From NCBI GenBank assembly GCA_964016885.1, contig OZ024743.1:164982001-165046000 (forward strand): DNA of 64,000 nt, in the 5' to 3' direction. Positions 38,498 through 51,392 of this stretch are shown piece by piece. The stretch comes from Eledone cirrhosa (Eukaryota). The number at the start of each line of letters is the position of its first letter. Within the stretch, counting starts at the first letter, position 1. Below the pieces are notes generated by a model. It saw only the letters and a program-made list of their open reading frames with translations, was not told where the DNA came from and did no database searches. Made by a program: the position numbers and the translations under genes.

Positions 38498-38730
38498 GGG
38501 CGGTGGATTGGCAGTATCGGTAGAGAGTCGGACGCCATGCTTTACAACATAGAGTTATGGCCCTTTATTATCTGAGTTCAAATCCCGCCAAGGTTAACTT
38601 TGCCTTTCATCCTTACGGGGTCGATAAAATAAAGTATCTGTAACGTAGTAGGGTCGATTTAACTTTCCCCTCCCGGCAAATTACTGGCCTTGTGCCTATA
38701 CTAGAAACGATTATTATTATTATTATTATT
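38498..38730 (+). mobile_element. Nin/Deu-like SINE
   Basis: GGGCGGTGGATTGGCAGTATCGG head, core, (ATT)n tail. Confidence 0.88.
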
Positions 38731-38734
38731 TCAT

Positions 38735-39670
38735 TAATCTTGCTTTATGTTCATACGAGTTATCACCAAGTCACAAGCAGTGACCTCAAGAGACAAGGTT
38801 CGCCATGTTCAAGAAAGAACATACATACAAACATGCATCTTTAGGTGACAGAATCTTCCTTAGTATATGGGCAGTTCCCATTAGTACTATCTTTTGTATT
38901 TCTTCTATACACAGGTTTCCTGGGATTTGGGATAAGTAATCATTAGACCCCTTAGGTATCATTCCTAGAGCACCTACAACCACTGGTATTGTTTTAGTTC
39001 TCAACTTCCAGATTTTTCCAATCTCTATCTCCAGGTCTTTATATTTGCTCAATTTTTCAAATGTTTTTATAGATACATTCTTGTCTATTGGAACAGACAT
39101 ATCAATTAGCAGGCATACCCTCTTTTTAAAGTCCTTCAGTATTATATCAGATCTATTTGCATCTATTTTTCGGTCTGTTTGGATGCTAAAGTTCCACAAG
39201 ATTGAGATGTGATCTTTTTCTAGTACGGGAGGTGGTTGATGCTCCCACCAATTCTTTTGATGGGGCAAGTCAAAATGCTTACACATTACCCAATGTATGT
39301 ATTCTGCAGCTCTGTCGTGCCTGTTAAGGTACTCAGTTGGAGCTATAGGACTACATATTGAAATTATATGATCAATGGTCTCTGGTTGTTTTTTACATAC
39401 ACAGCTTAATGGGTTGCACCCATTTTTTATGATATTGGCTTGATAATTATTTGTCGGCAGACACTGATCTTGTGCTGATATAATCAGTCCTTCAGTCTCA
39501 GATTTCAGTCCAGAGGATACCAACCACTGATGGGTTAAAGTTTTGTCAACATCAGGATTGTTAGCTCTTTCTGGGTATTTTCCATACAGCAGCTTTTCTT
39601 GCCATTTCTTAGCCAGTTTCTGTAGCAGTTCTTTCTTTGCAGTTACTTTTACCTGCTTTGCTTTTTCTGT
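38735..39670 (-). mobile_element. R4/Dong-clade LINE 3' end (CCHC + restriction-like endonuclease)
   Basis: ETEGLIISAQDQ, C..CKKQPETIDHIISIC, YLNRHD, TDRKIDANRSDI, LIDMSVP, EKLSKYKDL, IPVVVGALG; abuts (TAA)n. Confidence 0.88.
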
Positions 39671-39693
39671 GTTTTATTATTATTATTATTATT

Positions 39694-40163
39694 GGCCAAT
39701 CTCTCATCAACTTCTTCAAGTTTTACCTGGAAAGGAAGGAAAGGGTGGAGAGAGAAGTGCTGCCCCCCAGTATATTTGCTAAAAGGTGGATAAATGGGGT
39801 GAGAATGGCCTGTGTGAGTGGGCCTACTCTGACCATGTGCCTATAGGCTAGCTAACTTGAGGAGGAGAGAGGTGCCCTCCCTGGGTGCCCTAGAAGCGCT
39901 GGGTGGTTCAGGATTGGTGGGGTACCTGAGTCACCCCTGGGTCGTCCACCCCCACCCCTCTATTGGGGAATTTATTTAGTTATATTTATGGATAGTTTAT
40001 TTTATATATTTTTATATTTTTTTAATATTTTCATTGTTAAATTAGTCTTGCCATTGTGCACTTTTACTCAACCTTATTGTAAACCCCCACTGTCCGTGTC
40101 TTTGTATTGTCCCCTACATGTCGGCCCTTGTGGCCAATAAATGAAATTATTATTATTGTTATT
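39694..40163 (+). mobile_element. Short 5'-truncated Tx1-like 3' end
   Basis: GQSLINFFKFYLERKERVEREVL...GPTLTMCL*, then UTR, AATAAA and (TTA)n. Confidence 0.75.
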
Positions 40164-42975
40164 AGATGCACGCTGGGATTATGTCGGGCTAGTAAATAAG
40201 GGAGGAGGATGTAAAAGCCTCACCAACCTGCTCAGACATTTTCAACTGTCTGACAGGTATTGACTGGATTGTGCCAATGTGGGCATGGGCATACTCATCG
40301 GGTCATCCAGATTGTATCTAGATAGGGTATTGTGTAGGGAAACAGATAAGGCTAGCGTAGGTTCTCCAGAATTTAAAGTAGTCGGCTACTCGGACCACAA
40401 ATTTGTGATCTGTGAAGTTGACTTAGATAGACTCCATAGGCAAGGACCTGGTTACTGGAAGCTGAACGCGTCTTTCCCGGTGCGCAAAGCTTACAGAAAC
40501 AGGATAAGCAAATTAGTTAAGCGTGAGTTGACGGATGTGATCATCAACAACAGATGGTGGTTTACCCTGAAAAGGGCAATTAGAGTAGAATCAATAAGGT
40601 TTAGCAAAGGAGTAAAGATAGAGGAAAATAGAGTAGAAGGAGAGTTAGTTAGAAAGCAAGAAGAGGCGTTTAGGACAGGCATCACAACTGATGTGCTTGC
40701 GGCATGATTGGCACTCGACCAATTCTTCAATGCAAAGCACGAAGGCTGCGTTGTCAGAGCTAGAGCGCGTGTTCTGAGACAAGAGGGGACAAAAGCTGTC
40801 CAATGGGCCCGGGTGGTGGAGGCGCGACGTGGCAACAAAAGCACAATTCAATCCTTGCCTGACCAAAACAAGCACATGTTACTCGAACCTGAGCAGATGT
40901 GTGAGGCTTTTCAGCAGCACTTTGCTCAACTGTTTGGGAGCGGTGGTGGGCCAGATCGGTGTATGAACTTCAGTGCATACCTCGAGAGACTGCCGCAGCT
41001 CTTGACGACTGCTGTGCAGTATTGTAAAAAGCCGATAACAGCAAGTGAAATACGGGAAGCGATGTGTGATTGCTCGAGGGGTAAATCGCCAGGTTTGGAT
41101 GGTCTGCCCTGTGAGCTTTATGCGTACATGCCAGACTTGTTCGGCGACCTTTTGGCAGACGTCTACTGCAACTGGCAGCAGAATGGGAGCATTCCCAGTT
41201 TTGTGAGCCGGGGAACGGTGGCGCTGTTGAGAAAAGACCCGAACAAAGGGGACATTATAGACAACTTCAGGCCAATAACTCTGTTAAACACAGATTTCAA
41301 AATTTTGTGTTAGCAACGAGATTGGCGCTTGTCGTTGGTAATCTGGTAGCAGAGGCGCAGACATGCGCCATTCCGGACAGATCCCTCCACGACAACCTCC
41401 ACCTCATGCAATACATCATAGAGAGGGTAGTTAAGGAACCTGGCACAGGTGGGGCCCTGATCAACTTAGATCAATCTAAGGCATTTGATAGGGTTGACCA
41501 TCTGTACCTGGCGCCAGTCCTCGAGGTGGCTGGTTTCGGGCCCATTTTCAGGGGTTGGATCGCTGCGATGCACAGCGACATCTGCTCAGTTCAGTTGTGA
41601 AGGTGAACGGTCATCTGTCACAGCCGTTCAGCATCATGCGCTCGGTCCATCAGGGTTGTCCCCTCTCATCACTCTTGTACGTATTGACCCTAGAGCCGTT
41701 ACTGCACAAATTGGAGGCGATGAGAGACGTCCCACGCAAACTGGGATGTGGGAGATCCGTGTCAGCTTACGCCGACGACGTCACTATCGTGGTGTCAAGC
41801 ACCGGACATGTCCAGTTGCTCGGCACCGCTCTCGAAGAATATGAAGCAGTGACAGGAGCAAAGTTAAACCAGGAAAATTCAGTGGGCTTGCAGTTTGGCA
41901 CCTGGAGAGGCAAGTCCATGCCGCCCAACAGCGTCGTGGGACGTTGGACGGAAGGACCGGGTAAATTGCTCGGGGTCTGGTTCGGTCTGGACCTCCAGAT
42001 GGAGAAAGACTGGAGCGAGGTGACGAACAGGGTGGCCTCTCTCACCCAGAAATGGGCGCTCACAGCCTTCTACCAGCTGGGCACTAGTATCGGTGGAACA
42101 TCCACCTCGGCATTCTATAGAGGACTAGTGCAGGGGAAAAGTGACGACGTTCACGGGGAGACACTTAGCGTGGAAGACGATCAGCTGTTCACTCTCTTCA
42201 AGAGAACTTTCAACCCGGGGCCTATGGACAACTTCCAGAAATCCTTGGCCTGGCAGTGCTACCAGGGAGCGTAGCCGGTTCGAGATAAGCTCTACAGGCA
42301 TGTAAGCGCCATCAGCTGAACCTGTCCGAGATGCGCACAGAGCGACGAAACCATTATGCACACACTCGTTCAGTGTCCGAGCATTGCTGACTTGTGGAGC
42401 TATGTCGAACATTTGCTGTCACATGTAGGAAGGATCTGGTTATCGACTGAGTCCATTGTGCAGATAGCCCCGCCGTCCTCCTTTAAGGGGGAGGAAGGGC
42501 AGACAGTTTTCATCTGCCTGGTGGCCATGGCGAAAGAGATTGTATGGTGGACAAGGCTGAAAGTGTTGAAGATGGACACTTTCCTCTTCGGCGAATCCCT
42601 GATTAACTTTTTCAAATTTCACTTGAAGAGGAAAATCAGGATGGAGAGACAAGTGCTGTCTTCTAGTAAGTTTGTTGAAAGGAGGGTACAAGTGGCGAGT
42701 CTGGTCCGAGTGAACGGGTCCGCTCTGAGTATGTGCCTGTAGACTGAGGAGTGGAAAACTGAGAGAGGGCGCTTGCCCTGGTGGTCAGGGTGGCCGTGGT
42801 CTTTTGTGTGGTTTTCGCCACGAGTGACCCTTGGAAGTTTCCCCCCTATTGGGGAATATTTGTTGTTTGAATTTTTTTGATATTTCTATCTTCTTGTTAT
42901 AACCTTTGTTACACGGCCAAAACCCACTTTGTATCGTCCTGTACCGTTCTGTGCCGGATTATTATTATTATTATA
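40164..42975 (+). mobile_element. Tx1/L1-clade LINE ORF2 (APE end, RT, zinc-binding C-terminus), internally deleted
   Basis: YLDRV..YSDHK..GPGYWKLNAS, KSPGLDGLP.E.Y, NFRPITLLNTDFKIL, LDQSKAFDRVDH, QGCPLS, YADDVT, CPRC...ETIMHTLVQCP. Confidence 0.92.
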
Positions 42976-42979
42976 ATGC

Positions 42980-43155
42980 TGAATTGGCAGTATCAGTAGA
43001 GAGTCGGACATGCTTACCAGCAGAGTTACGTCCCTTTACGTTCTGAGTTCAATTCCCGCCGAGGTTAACTTTGCCTTTCATCCTTACGGGGTCGATAAAA
43101 TAAAGTACCAGTAATGTACTGGGTAATTGGTGGCCTTGTGCCAAAAGTAGAAACA

Positions 43156-43196
<41 letters not shown>

Positions 43197-43430
43197 CATC
43201 ATCATCATTATCACTATCATTATTATTATTTGTAAAGGGCGGTGGATTGGCACTATCAGTAGAGGGTCGGACGCCATGCTTTCCAGCATAGTTACGTCCC
43301 TTTACGATCTGAGTTCAAATCCCGCCGAGGTTGACTTTGCCTTTCATCCTTACGGGGTCGATAAAATAAAGTACCAGTAATACACTGGGTAATTGCTGGC
43401 CTTGTGCCTAAAGTAGAAATAATTATTATT
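42980..43430 (+). mobile_element. Two tandem Nin/Deu-like SINEs separated by (ATT/ATC)n
   Basis: Copies ~42980-43160 and 43237-43430; the second has TSD-like ATTATTATTTGTAA on both sides. Confidence 0.88.
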
Positions 43431-43436
43431 ATTTGT

Positions 43437-45075
43437 AACGCTTTTGTTCTGGCAGATGTTATACCGACACTAAACCAAAAGAGCGAGCCATAGCCAATGG
43501 CCAAAGATCCTTTGGGTCATTCAACTTTTTAACACCCTTCTTAGAATTCTTGCTGTTCCCAGCAAGGCTGTTTTCTGCAACAATCCTGTCCTGATGGTAA
43601 TTCCTAGCTTCTCAAGCCATATATCCAACCTTCTACTAACTGCTCCCAATGCACCAACCACAATCGTTACCACTTTTATGTGTCTGACTTTCTACAGTTT
43701 CCTGATTTCTCTCTTCAGTTCCTAGTATCTCTCAATTTTCTCACTTCCCTTCTCATTCACCCTGTAGTGCCATGGTGAAGCAATATTCACAATACTTGCC
43801 TTGTTATTATTCTTTTCTACAACAATGTCAGGCTTTCTAGCCACAATAAAATGGTCATACTGGATGGTCATGTCCCACAAGATCCTATATTGTTCATTTC
43901 AGCAACCCTTTCCAGTTGGTGCTCATACCATTTCTCACTTCTGCTCATATCATACTTATGATAGATCTTCCAGTGAACCAATTTGGCAATGTTGTTGTAC
44001 CTCCTCGTATACACTTTCTGAGCAAGCATCTTACATTCACTAATAATGGTGTTTATTGACTCACTATTCTCACCACACAGCCTACAATGTGGGGAATTCA
44101 CTGATTTGTCAACATTGAACTTGATATAGTTCATTCTCAGTGCCTGTTCCTGAGCTGCAAAAATAAGGGCCTCAGTTTCAACTTACAAGCCACTTTTCCT
44201 AGTCCATTTCCAGTTCCTATCTTTGTCAACTGTCTCAGGAATTTCACATACAAATTGACCATAGATTTTTTTTTCTTGCATCTATACAATGTGTCATTCT
44301 GTCTGTCTTGTTTAAATTCTCCCTTTTCCGTTGCTTCATGACTGTTTAGGACCTATATCTTTTTTTACTCCTGCGATCAATCTCTCCTTTCAATTCTTTA
44401 CATACCATGCCAGATTATTTTCCTCCGATTTTACACGCATTTCACAGCTAATGAGACCTCTTTCTCCTCTCTGTTGTGATAGATACAACCTATCCACATC
44501 ACTTTTACGATGTAGAACCTCTTATAGTGTCATAATTTTCTGGATTTTTCTATCAAGCTCTTTAAGTTCATTACGTCCCCACTCTATCATACCAGAGCTA
44601 TACCTTAGAGCTGTAACAGATCATTTTGATAGACAGTATCTTATTCCTATCACTTTACTTCGTCTTTAACACCAACTTCAGTCTCCATTTATATTCCTTT
44701 GATAATAGTTCTTTCATTTCCTTCTCTTTCATTTGGTTTGTTTCAAGTATGCCTAAGTACATCAATTTCCTTCATAACTTATCTGTCTGTTAATACAATT
44801 CCTTCCATCTTATTAATTCTACCCCACTTCAGTAATAGGACCCTACACTTTTTTATGCCAAATTCCATTCTGTACTGAATGTATGAACTGTCTGTACAAG
44901 GGAATCAATATGTTCATAGGATTTCCCATAAAGTTTTAGGTCACCCATGAACAGCAGGTGGTTTATCTTGAACTCATATCTTCCCCACTCATAACCAGCA
45001 TTTCACCTTCTCAACACTAATGAAAGTGGAACCATACACAATACAAACAGCAAAGCCAAAGACTGTCTCCTCAAT
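43437..45075 (-). mobile_element. Second R4/Dong-clade LINE fragment (RT end + CCHC + REL)
   Basis: EALIFAAQEQALR, CRLCGENSESINTIISEC, KPDIVV, IVVGALG; INHLLFMGDLKL near 44940-44970. Confidence 0.8.
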
Positions 45076-45089
45076 GGCCAACCATGGCT

Positions 45090-47306
45090 TTTGGCAAGGG
45101 AGGTGGATTGTTACGAAAAGCCGATAACAGCTGAGGAAATATGGGACGCAATCGCAAGCTGCATGAGGGGCAAATCCCCTGGCTTACATGGTCTGCCCTA
45201 TGAGATTTACATAAACATGCCAGACTTGTTCAGCAACATCCTAGCAGACATCTACGCCAACTGGCAGCAGAAGTCTGTGAATCGATCCAAACAAGGGGGA
45301 CCATATAGACAATTTCAGGCCTATAACTCTGCTAAATGCAGTGTTTAAAATTTTGACGAAGGTGTTAGCGACATAGCTGGTGCTTGATGTTGGTGGTCTG
45401 GTAGGGGAGGCGCAAACATGCACCATTATGGACAGATCCATTCACAACAATCTCCACCTTATGTGATACATCATAGAGAGGGTGGCTAAAGAGCCTGGCA
45501 TGGGTGAGGCCCTGATCAATTTAGATCAATCAAAGGCTTTTGATAGGGTCAACCATTGCTACCTCACAGCCATCCTCAAAGTAACCAGCTTCAGACCCAT
45601 TTTCAGGAGCTGGATCACTGCAATGAACAACGACAACTGCTCTGTGGTTAGAGTAAATGGTCACCTTTCGAAACCATTCAATATCATGTCCTTGGTCCAT
45701 CAAGGTTGTCCCCTCTCATCCCTTTTGTATGTATTGACTCTTGAGCCATTACTACACAAACTGGAAACTTTGAAGGGTATCCCAAGTGAACTAGGATGTG
45801 GGAGATCTTTGTCAGCATATGCCAACAATGTGACCATAATGGTGTCAAACACAAAAATTAACCAGGAAAAGTGGGTGGGCCTGCAGCTCAGTTAAATTAG
45901 TCGGGATCTGGTTTAGACCAGATGGCTAGATGGTCAAAAACTGGGACGAGATAACATGCTAGGTGGCCTCTCTCACCCAGAAATAGGCCGAGAGAAGCTA
46001 TCCTTGAAAGGTCGGACAGAGGTGGCAAACATGTACATCACGTCCGTCATCTACTACTGCCTGGCCATTGTGCCTTCTCCTAACCCATGCCTGATAGCAC
46101 TGGAACATCCACTTTTTCGCTTTTTGTGGAGGGGCCAGGTTCCATTGATCAGGCGGTCAATGTGCTGTCAACACTCGCTACGTGGAGGATTGGGTATACC
46201 ATGGTTGATGATGTGCGAACATGTGCCAAGGCTACATCACCAACTTTTCTTGGATGGTGAACAGGTGTGGTCGCGGTTCGTTAGACACATTTTTCCCCAG
46301 CTCATCTCCTTAATGGAGCTACAGTCTTGGGTCAAGCAAGGATTAAGAGGGAGCATTTGGAGACTGGAATATCTTGAAGCTCTCACAGCCGCCAGCCAAT
46401 CAGGCAGTACAATCGGTGAAAACTCCACCTGAGAGTTCCATAGAGGGTTAGTGGAGGGTAAGAGCAACGGCATCCTTGGGGAGACTCTGGGCATTGACAA
46501 AAATCAACTAGCCACTTTTTTCCAGAGGACTTTCAGTCCAGGGTCCACGAACAACTTCCATAAATCCCTAACATGGCAGTCTTACCGAGGAGCTTTGCCA
46601 ATTTGAGATAAATTCTACAGGAATGGTAGTGCTGTCAGTATGGCCTGTCTGAGGTGCACACATGGTGATGAAACTGTCCTGCATCCACTCATCGAGTGTC
46701 TGAGTATTGCTAACCTGTTGGTTTATGTTGAGCACCTGCTCTCATGTGGGATGGATCTGACTATCAACTGAGTCCAATGTCAAGATCGCCCTACCATCCT
46801 CCTTTAGAGGGGAAGGACAGGCAGTTATTATCTGCCTGGGCGCCATGGCAAAAGGGGTTGTTTGGTGGACGCATTTGAAAGGGTTGAAGAGAGCCATTTT
46901 CCTCTTCGACGAAGCCCTGATTAACTTTTTCAGGTTTCACTTGAAGTGGAAAATGAGGGTGGAGAGGGAAGTGCTGTCTTCTAACCAGTTTGTTGAAAGG
47001 TGGGTGAGAGTGGCGAGCATGATCCGTGTGAATGGGCCTGCTTTGAGCATATGTCTGTAGATAGGAGAAGTACAATTAAAAGAGGGCACTTTGTCCTAGT
47101 GGACAAGGTGACTGTTCCCTTTGTGGGATTCTTCCTTAAATGATCCTTGGAATCTCCTCACTTTTGGGGAATTTGTTATGTCTGTTTTTTAATCTGTTAT
47201 AAATTGTATTTGACACAAAAAACCACACACTGTATCATCCTGTACTATCTTTAATGTTTCCGTAATGTGAGCCCAGTGTAACTAATGAAGAAATAATTAT
47301 TATTAT
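45090..47306 (+). mobile_element. Tx1/L1-clade LINE ORF2 3' two-thirds
   Basis: GKSPGLHGLPYE, LDQSKAFDRVNH, QGCPLS, LSLKGR, GGLGIP, ends VNGPALSICL*, then UTR and (TTA)n at 47295-47306. Confidence 0.88.
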
Positions 47307-47311
47307 CTTAC

Positions 47312-47371
47312 CTCATGTAAAGCAGCTAAATGTTTGTATGATTTTCTCACCGACTCATCTTTTTTGGCATC
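47312..47371 (-). CDS. CCDC22: CCDC22 coding exon: DAKKDESVRKSYKHLAALHE
   Basis: Acceptor TTTGCAG|, donor |GTAAGA; 60 bp; human equivalent as recalled DAKKDDAVRKAYKYLAALHE. Confidence 0.94.
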
Positions 47372-48140
47372 CTGCAAATGATGATTGTGGAATAATTAGG
47401 GAAAAAAGATTTTTTTAAATAGTGTCATCGTCATCATTGTTTAACATTCACTTTTCTGGATTAGGCAGGTTGTCACCTTTCAAGTCAGCACTCAATCCAC
47501 AGGGCCACCATCCACACAGATAGGTTGGGGCTGCATCTCACAGGTAAGTTCCTATACATTACAGTGTATTGAGTGCATTTTATCACTCCTTTTGACTCTA
47601 TGTTTGAGAAATTTTCTATGGCTTGATGATCTTCCTAACAAGGGCAAATTTCTTCATCTTTTTTAACTGCTCAGTCAGAGAGAGAAGGGCAATGTCCATG
47701 GTCCTTTTCACAGCCTTTGACACTGGTAGGTGGCAGGGAGATGTCCTTAAACTGGAGACATGTCCTGAATATATGCAACAGAGTAAACTCTGCTAAAGGT
47801 ACCCAAGAGTTATGTGGTACTGTTAAACTGTGAAACAAATGAAGTTTACCCACTGAGTAGGCCACAGTGAGAAGTTGAACTTAGGATACAAAGAGCCAGA
47901 ACAAATACTGCAAGGCTTCTTGCCCTAAACTTTACAATTCTACCAATCCACTGATGTGGAGTGGTACTACATTTTATTGATCTCAAAAGGATGAAGGGCA
48001 AAGTTAACTGTGTTAGGATTTGAATTCAGAGAGCAGAGAGTCAGAACAAATACCAAAAGGCATTTCATCATACACTTTAACAACTTTGCTAATTCCCTGT
48101 GATTGTTGTATGGAGACAAGTAAGTGTAATGTGGCCTTAC

Positions 48141-48236
48141 CTTAAATACAAGTTCATCAGTAACAGTGAAGGTACGATCCAGTTTACCAGTAAGGAAGTT
48201 GATTTCCTTCTGTAAAGCTTTAGTATCTATGAGAAC
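48141..48236 (-). CDS. CCDC22: CCDC22 coding exon: VLIDTKALQKEINFLTGKLDRTFTVTDELVFK
   Basis: Inside ORF 47967..48386; acceptor TTCCAG|, donor |GTAAGG; 96 bp; close to human DTKELQKEINSLSGKLDRTFAVTDELVFK as recalled. Confidence 0.95.
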
Positions 48237-48496
48237 CTGGAATAAGGAAACATTAAATAAATAAAATAACATTAAAGAAATAAAAAAAAGCAAGACGAGA
48301 TAGACAGAAATCAATAAAGAATGAACAAGACTAAGATAGTAGCTAAGAGCTAGTTTCATTTGCTCTATATTTCTAATGAAAGACACTGTCTATGATTTTC
48401 AAACCATTTTGAAAATAATCAAGAATTTGGAAGAATTTACTCATATAATCTTTCTCATTATTAAGCTGATGTTTATTGTATAATTATTGTATGATA

Positions 48497-48715
48497 AGGG
48501 CAGTGGAGTGGCAGTATTGGTAGAGCGTCAAACACCATACTTTGCAGCATGAAGTTACAACCCTTTATGTTCTGAGTTCAAATCCTGCCGAGGTTAGCTT
48601 TGCCTTTCATCCTTACAGAGTCGATAAATAAAGCACTAGTAATATACTGGGGTCGATTTAATCAGCTTTCCCTTCACCCCAAAAGATTGCTGGCCTTGTG
48701 CTTAAAGTAGAAACC
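48497..48715 (+). mobile_element. Nin/Deu-like SINE
   Basis: A/B boxes, core and tail; inserted in a TTAA MITE. Confidence 0.8.
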
Positions 48716-49224
48716 AAGTTGATGTTTGGAACATAACTCAGAGGTTTTATCAATTCCCTATGGCATTATACTTATTCTTCTTACCTCCCCCATTCTCTTC
48801 ACCATCCCCATAGAATAGAAATTGCTCTTCAGTTGTGTCATGGGCACAGCAACCTCTCTAATGTTGGTGACACAATAAAATGCATCCAGTACACTCTGTA
48901 TAGTGGTTGATGATAAGAAGGGCATCCAGCCATAGAAAATTTGCCAAAGTGCCAAGAGATCTCTGCAAACATGTTAAAAACATAACAACCCCCTAATGCT
49001 GGTGCCATGATAAAAATGCATTTAGTGTATTCTGTAGAATGCAGGAATATGTGTAAGCAAAATCCAGGTCTCCTATTTAAATTAAAATCTTCTACATAAT
49101 TATATTTAAGAACCATATGTTAAGTTACTATCTTAGGAATGAAATGGTTAATAATTTTAATTGATTGATTGAGAGTGTATTTTATTAGAAATAGTCACTA
49201 AAGGGTTAAATCCAAAATACTTAC

Positions 49225-49332
49225 TTTATCTATTTCAGCGTTTTGCTTTTTAATATTCGAGACAATTTCAATAATACGGCGAGTGTAAGAGGACCGATTG
49301 ACATTTTTGGTCATATTTTCATATTCACTGAC
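49225..49332 (-). CDS. CCDC22: CCDC22 coding exon: VSEYENMTKNVNRSSYTRRIIEIVSNIKKQNAEIDK
   Basis: Acceptor TTTTACAG|, donor |GTAAGT; 108 bp, phase 0; matches the CCDC22 motif V(S/N)RxxYTxRI(L/I)EIVxNIxKQxxEIxK. Confidence 0.93.
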
Positions 49333-49879
49333 CTGTAAAAAAATAAATAAACAAAACATTAGGAAGCAAAAAAATAGAAACCTGTGATATTCATGTATTT
49401 TCTCAGGTCATGCTGTTTCCAGTAAGCTAAAATATACATGTTATTCTTATCTTCAGATCATCATCATCACAGTTTAACATCCATTTTCCATGCTAACATG
49501 GATTAGATGGGTCGTCCACATTGAGAGACAAGTCTGGCCAGAATTGGCCATGCCGTACCTTGCTCCGACAGAACTGTAAATTTGACCATGGTTTTTACAG
49601 CTCGATGTCCTTCCTACCACCAACCACATTTACAATGTGGGACTCATTGGCAACACTATGAGGAGGGACCGGTCAGTTGGCCGCACCGAACCCGTCTCAC
49701 AGCAGAACTGTAGTTTGGAAGCCACAACCACATTTGCAGTGTGGAACTGGATGGCATAGCTATGAGGTCGGAGAGGCCAGTTGGCTGCGCCAAACCCATC
49801 TTACAGCAAAACCACAGTTTGGGAGCCTGGAACTGGATATTTAGCTATATTTTGTATGTCAATGACATGTGGAAGTGCA

Positions 49880-50140
49880 TAGATGATGGACATGTGAAGC
49901 ACATGGATGGAGATTGATGGGTGAAGAAATGTCAGGAAATACCAATGGAAGGAAGCCACAGTAAAGGTAGACCAAGAAAGACATGGGCAGAGGTGGTGAC
50001 AACTGACCTCAAATCGCTGAGACACACAGAGGAGATGATGAAGAAACACAGCGAGTGGAGGGATGCTGTGCTGAGAAAGACCCATCCAACCCATGTGAGC
50101 ATGAAAAAACAGACATAAAAACAATGATGATGATGAATGA
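49880..50140 (+). mobile_element. RTE LINE 3' end with (GAT)n tail
   Basis: KKCQEIPMEG..KGRPRKTWAEVV..DL; same family as 22292. Confidence 0.8.
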
Positions 50141-50439
50141 TGAATCCTTTAAACGGTGTGTGTGTGTATTAGTGTCGTTATATGTCTGAGTGTAAGTGTA
50201 TGTTTAAATGTGTGTGATTTTTAAAGGTATATTGTGTAAAGTAACAAAGATAATGAATGTATGCATATATCCATGTGGTAGTGGTAGTGGGCATGTATGT
50301 GTGATTGAAGGTTAGTTTGAATGTGTGTATATGTGCGTTGAAGTAATTTTGTTTGTGTGTAAAGTATCTGGCTGTGTTAGGGTATGTACACAAGATGTGT
50401 GAATTTGTATGTGTGAGTGAGTGAGTATGTATGTATATA

Positions 50440-51125
50440 TAATAATAATAATAATAATAATGAAATTATTGTGTACAGTGCTCAGGTGCACTACAACTCA
50501 TCAAAGGTGCATGTATAGTACATAGAATAATGTACAAATGTCAGGAAAATAAACAGTGTATGAGTCATGATATAATAACAATAACGAAATATTGTGCAGT
50601 GCCCAGGTGCACCACAACTCATCAAAAAAGTGCATGTACAGTACATAGGGCAATGCACAAACATCAGTAAAATGAACAGTGCACGAGTCATGATACACAC
50701 ATGTGTGCATGTGTATGGAAGGGGTACATCAGGTGTAGTTTTGGCGTATTTCGGGAAGCATGAGTGTCTTAAAGGATGCAGTGTCTCGGCAGCTAACAAT
50801 TGACGCAGGCAGTTTGTTCCATGCTTCAGCAACTCTGAGCGTGAAAAAATGTTTCCGAAAGTCATGGGAGCTGTGCTGTTTTCTTATCTTGTAGGCATGT
50901 CCACGTGTGTTAGACACATGGAGATCAAAGAGGCGCTCAGGGTTGCAGTTGGCGAGATGGTTAAAAACTTTGTGGGTATTCACCAAGTCCATTGCCAGAC
51001 GTCGGAGCTTCAATGAATCCATGCCCAGGGAAGCAAGGCGTTCAGAGTATGGTAGGTGTCTGATGGAGGGTATGCGCTTGGTTGCACGTCTCTGAACAGT
51101 TTCCAGGAGGTCAATGTTCCGAGGA
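50440..51125 (-). mobile_element. CR1-clade LINE 3' end with duplicated 3' UTR and (ATT)n tail
   Basis: IDLLETVQRRATKRIPSIRHLPYSERL..LG.DSL..RR...DL, TRGH.YKI, RKHFFTLRVAEAWNKLP; ~125-bp UTR duplication at 50466-50700. Confidence 0.88.
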
Positions 51126-51334
51126 TATATATATATTTATTTAGGTTTGAAGGTTCACCACTGGATAGAGCTGGTCAATTCCGTATGGTCAATCTTGATG
51201 TAATAATATGGAGAGTACTCAACGTAAAGCAGTTCAACTGTCTTCGTTTTGTAGTTGGTGGTGCGAGTACGGAGTTAAATATTATAATAAAATAACAGGA
51301 GGCTGGACTTGTGTAAATCCTTGAAAGGTTTATT

Positions 51335-51392
51335 ATACTATGATCATTTCAATGACCAGGTTCCATATGAATCCAGTGATATCATCAGGTAT
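51335..51392 (-). ncRNA. Type I hammerhead ribozyme, intact core, on the CCDC22 sense strand
   Basis: ATAC-CTGATGA-TATCACTGGATTC-ATATG-GAACCTGGTCATT-GAAA-TGATCA-TA-GTAT: stem I ATAC/GTAT, stem II hairpin, palindromic ATGATCAT stem III, predicted cleavage after UA. Confidence 0.8.

Noticed and set aside
40279-42742. Active Tx1 element
   Set aside because: Multiple stops and frameshifts, an internal deletion and no ORF1; no autonomous TE in this window appears intact.
43237-43330. tRNA gene (A and B boxes)
   Set aside because: SINE head: runs directly into the SINE core and tail, and is present in many diverged copies.
47967-48386. 139-aa ORF as a single membrane-protein gene
   Set aside because: Only 48141-48236 is CCDC22 exon; the flanks are polypyrimidine tract and SINE sequence.
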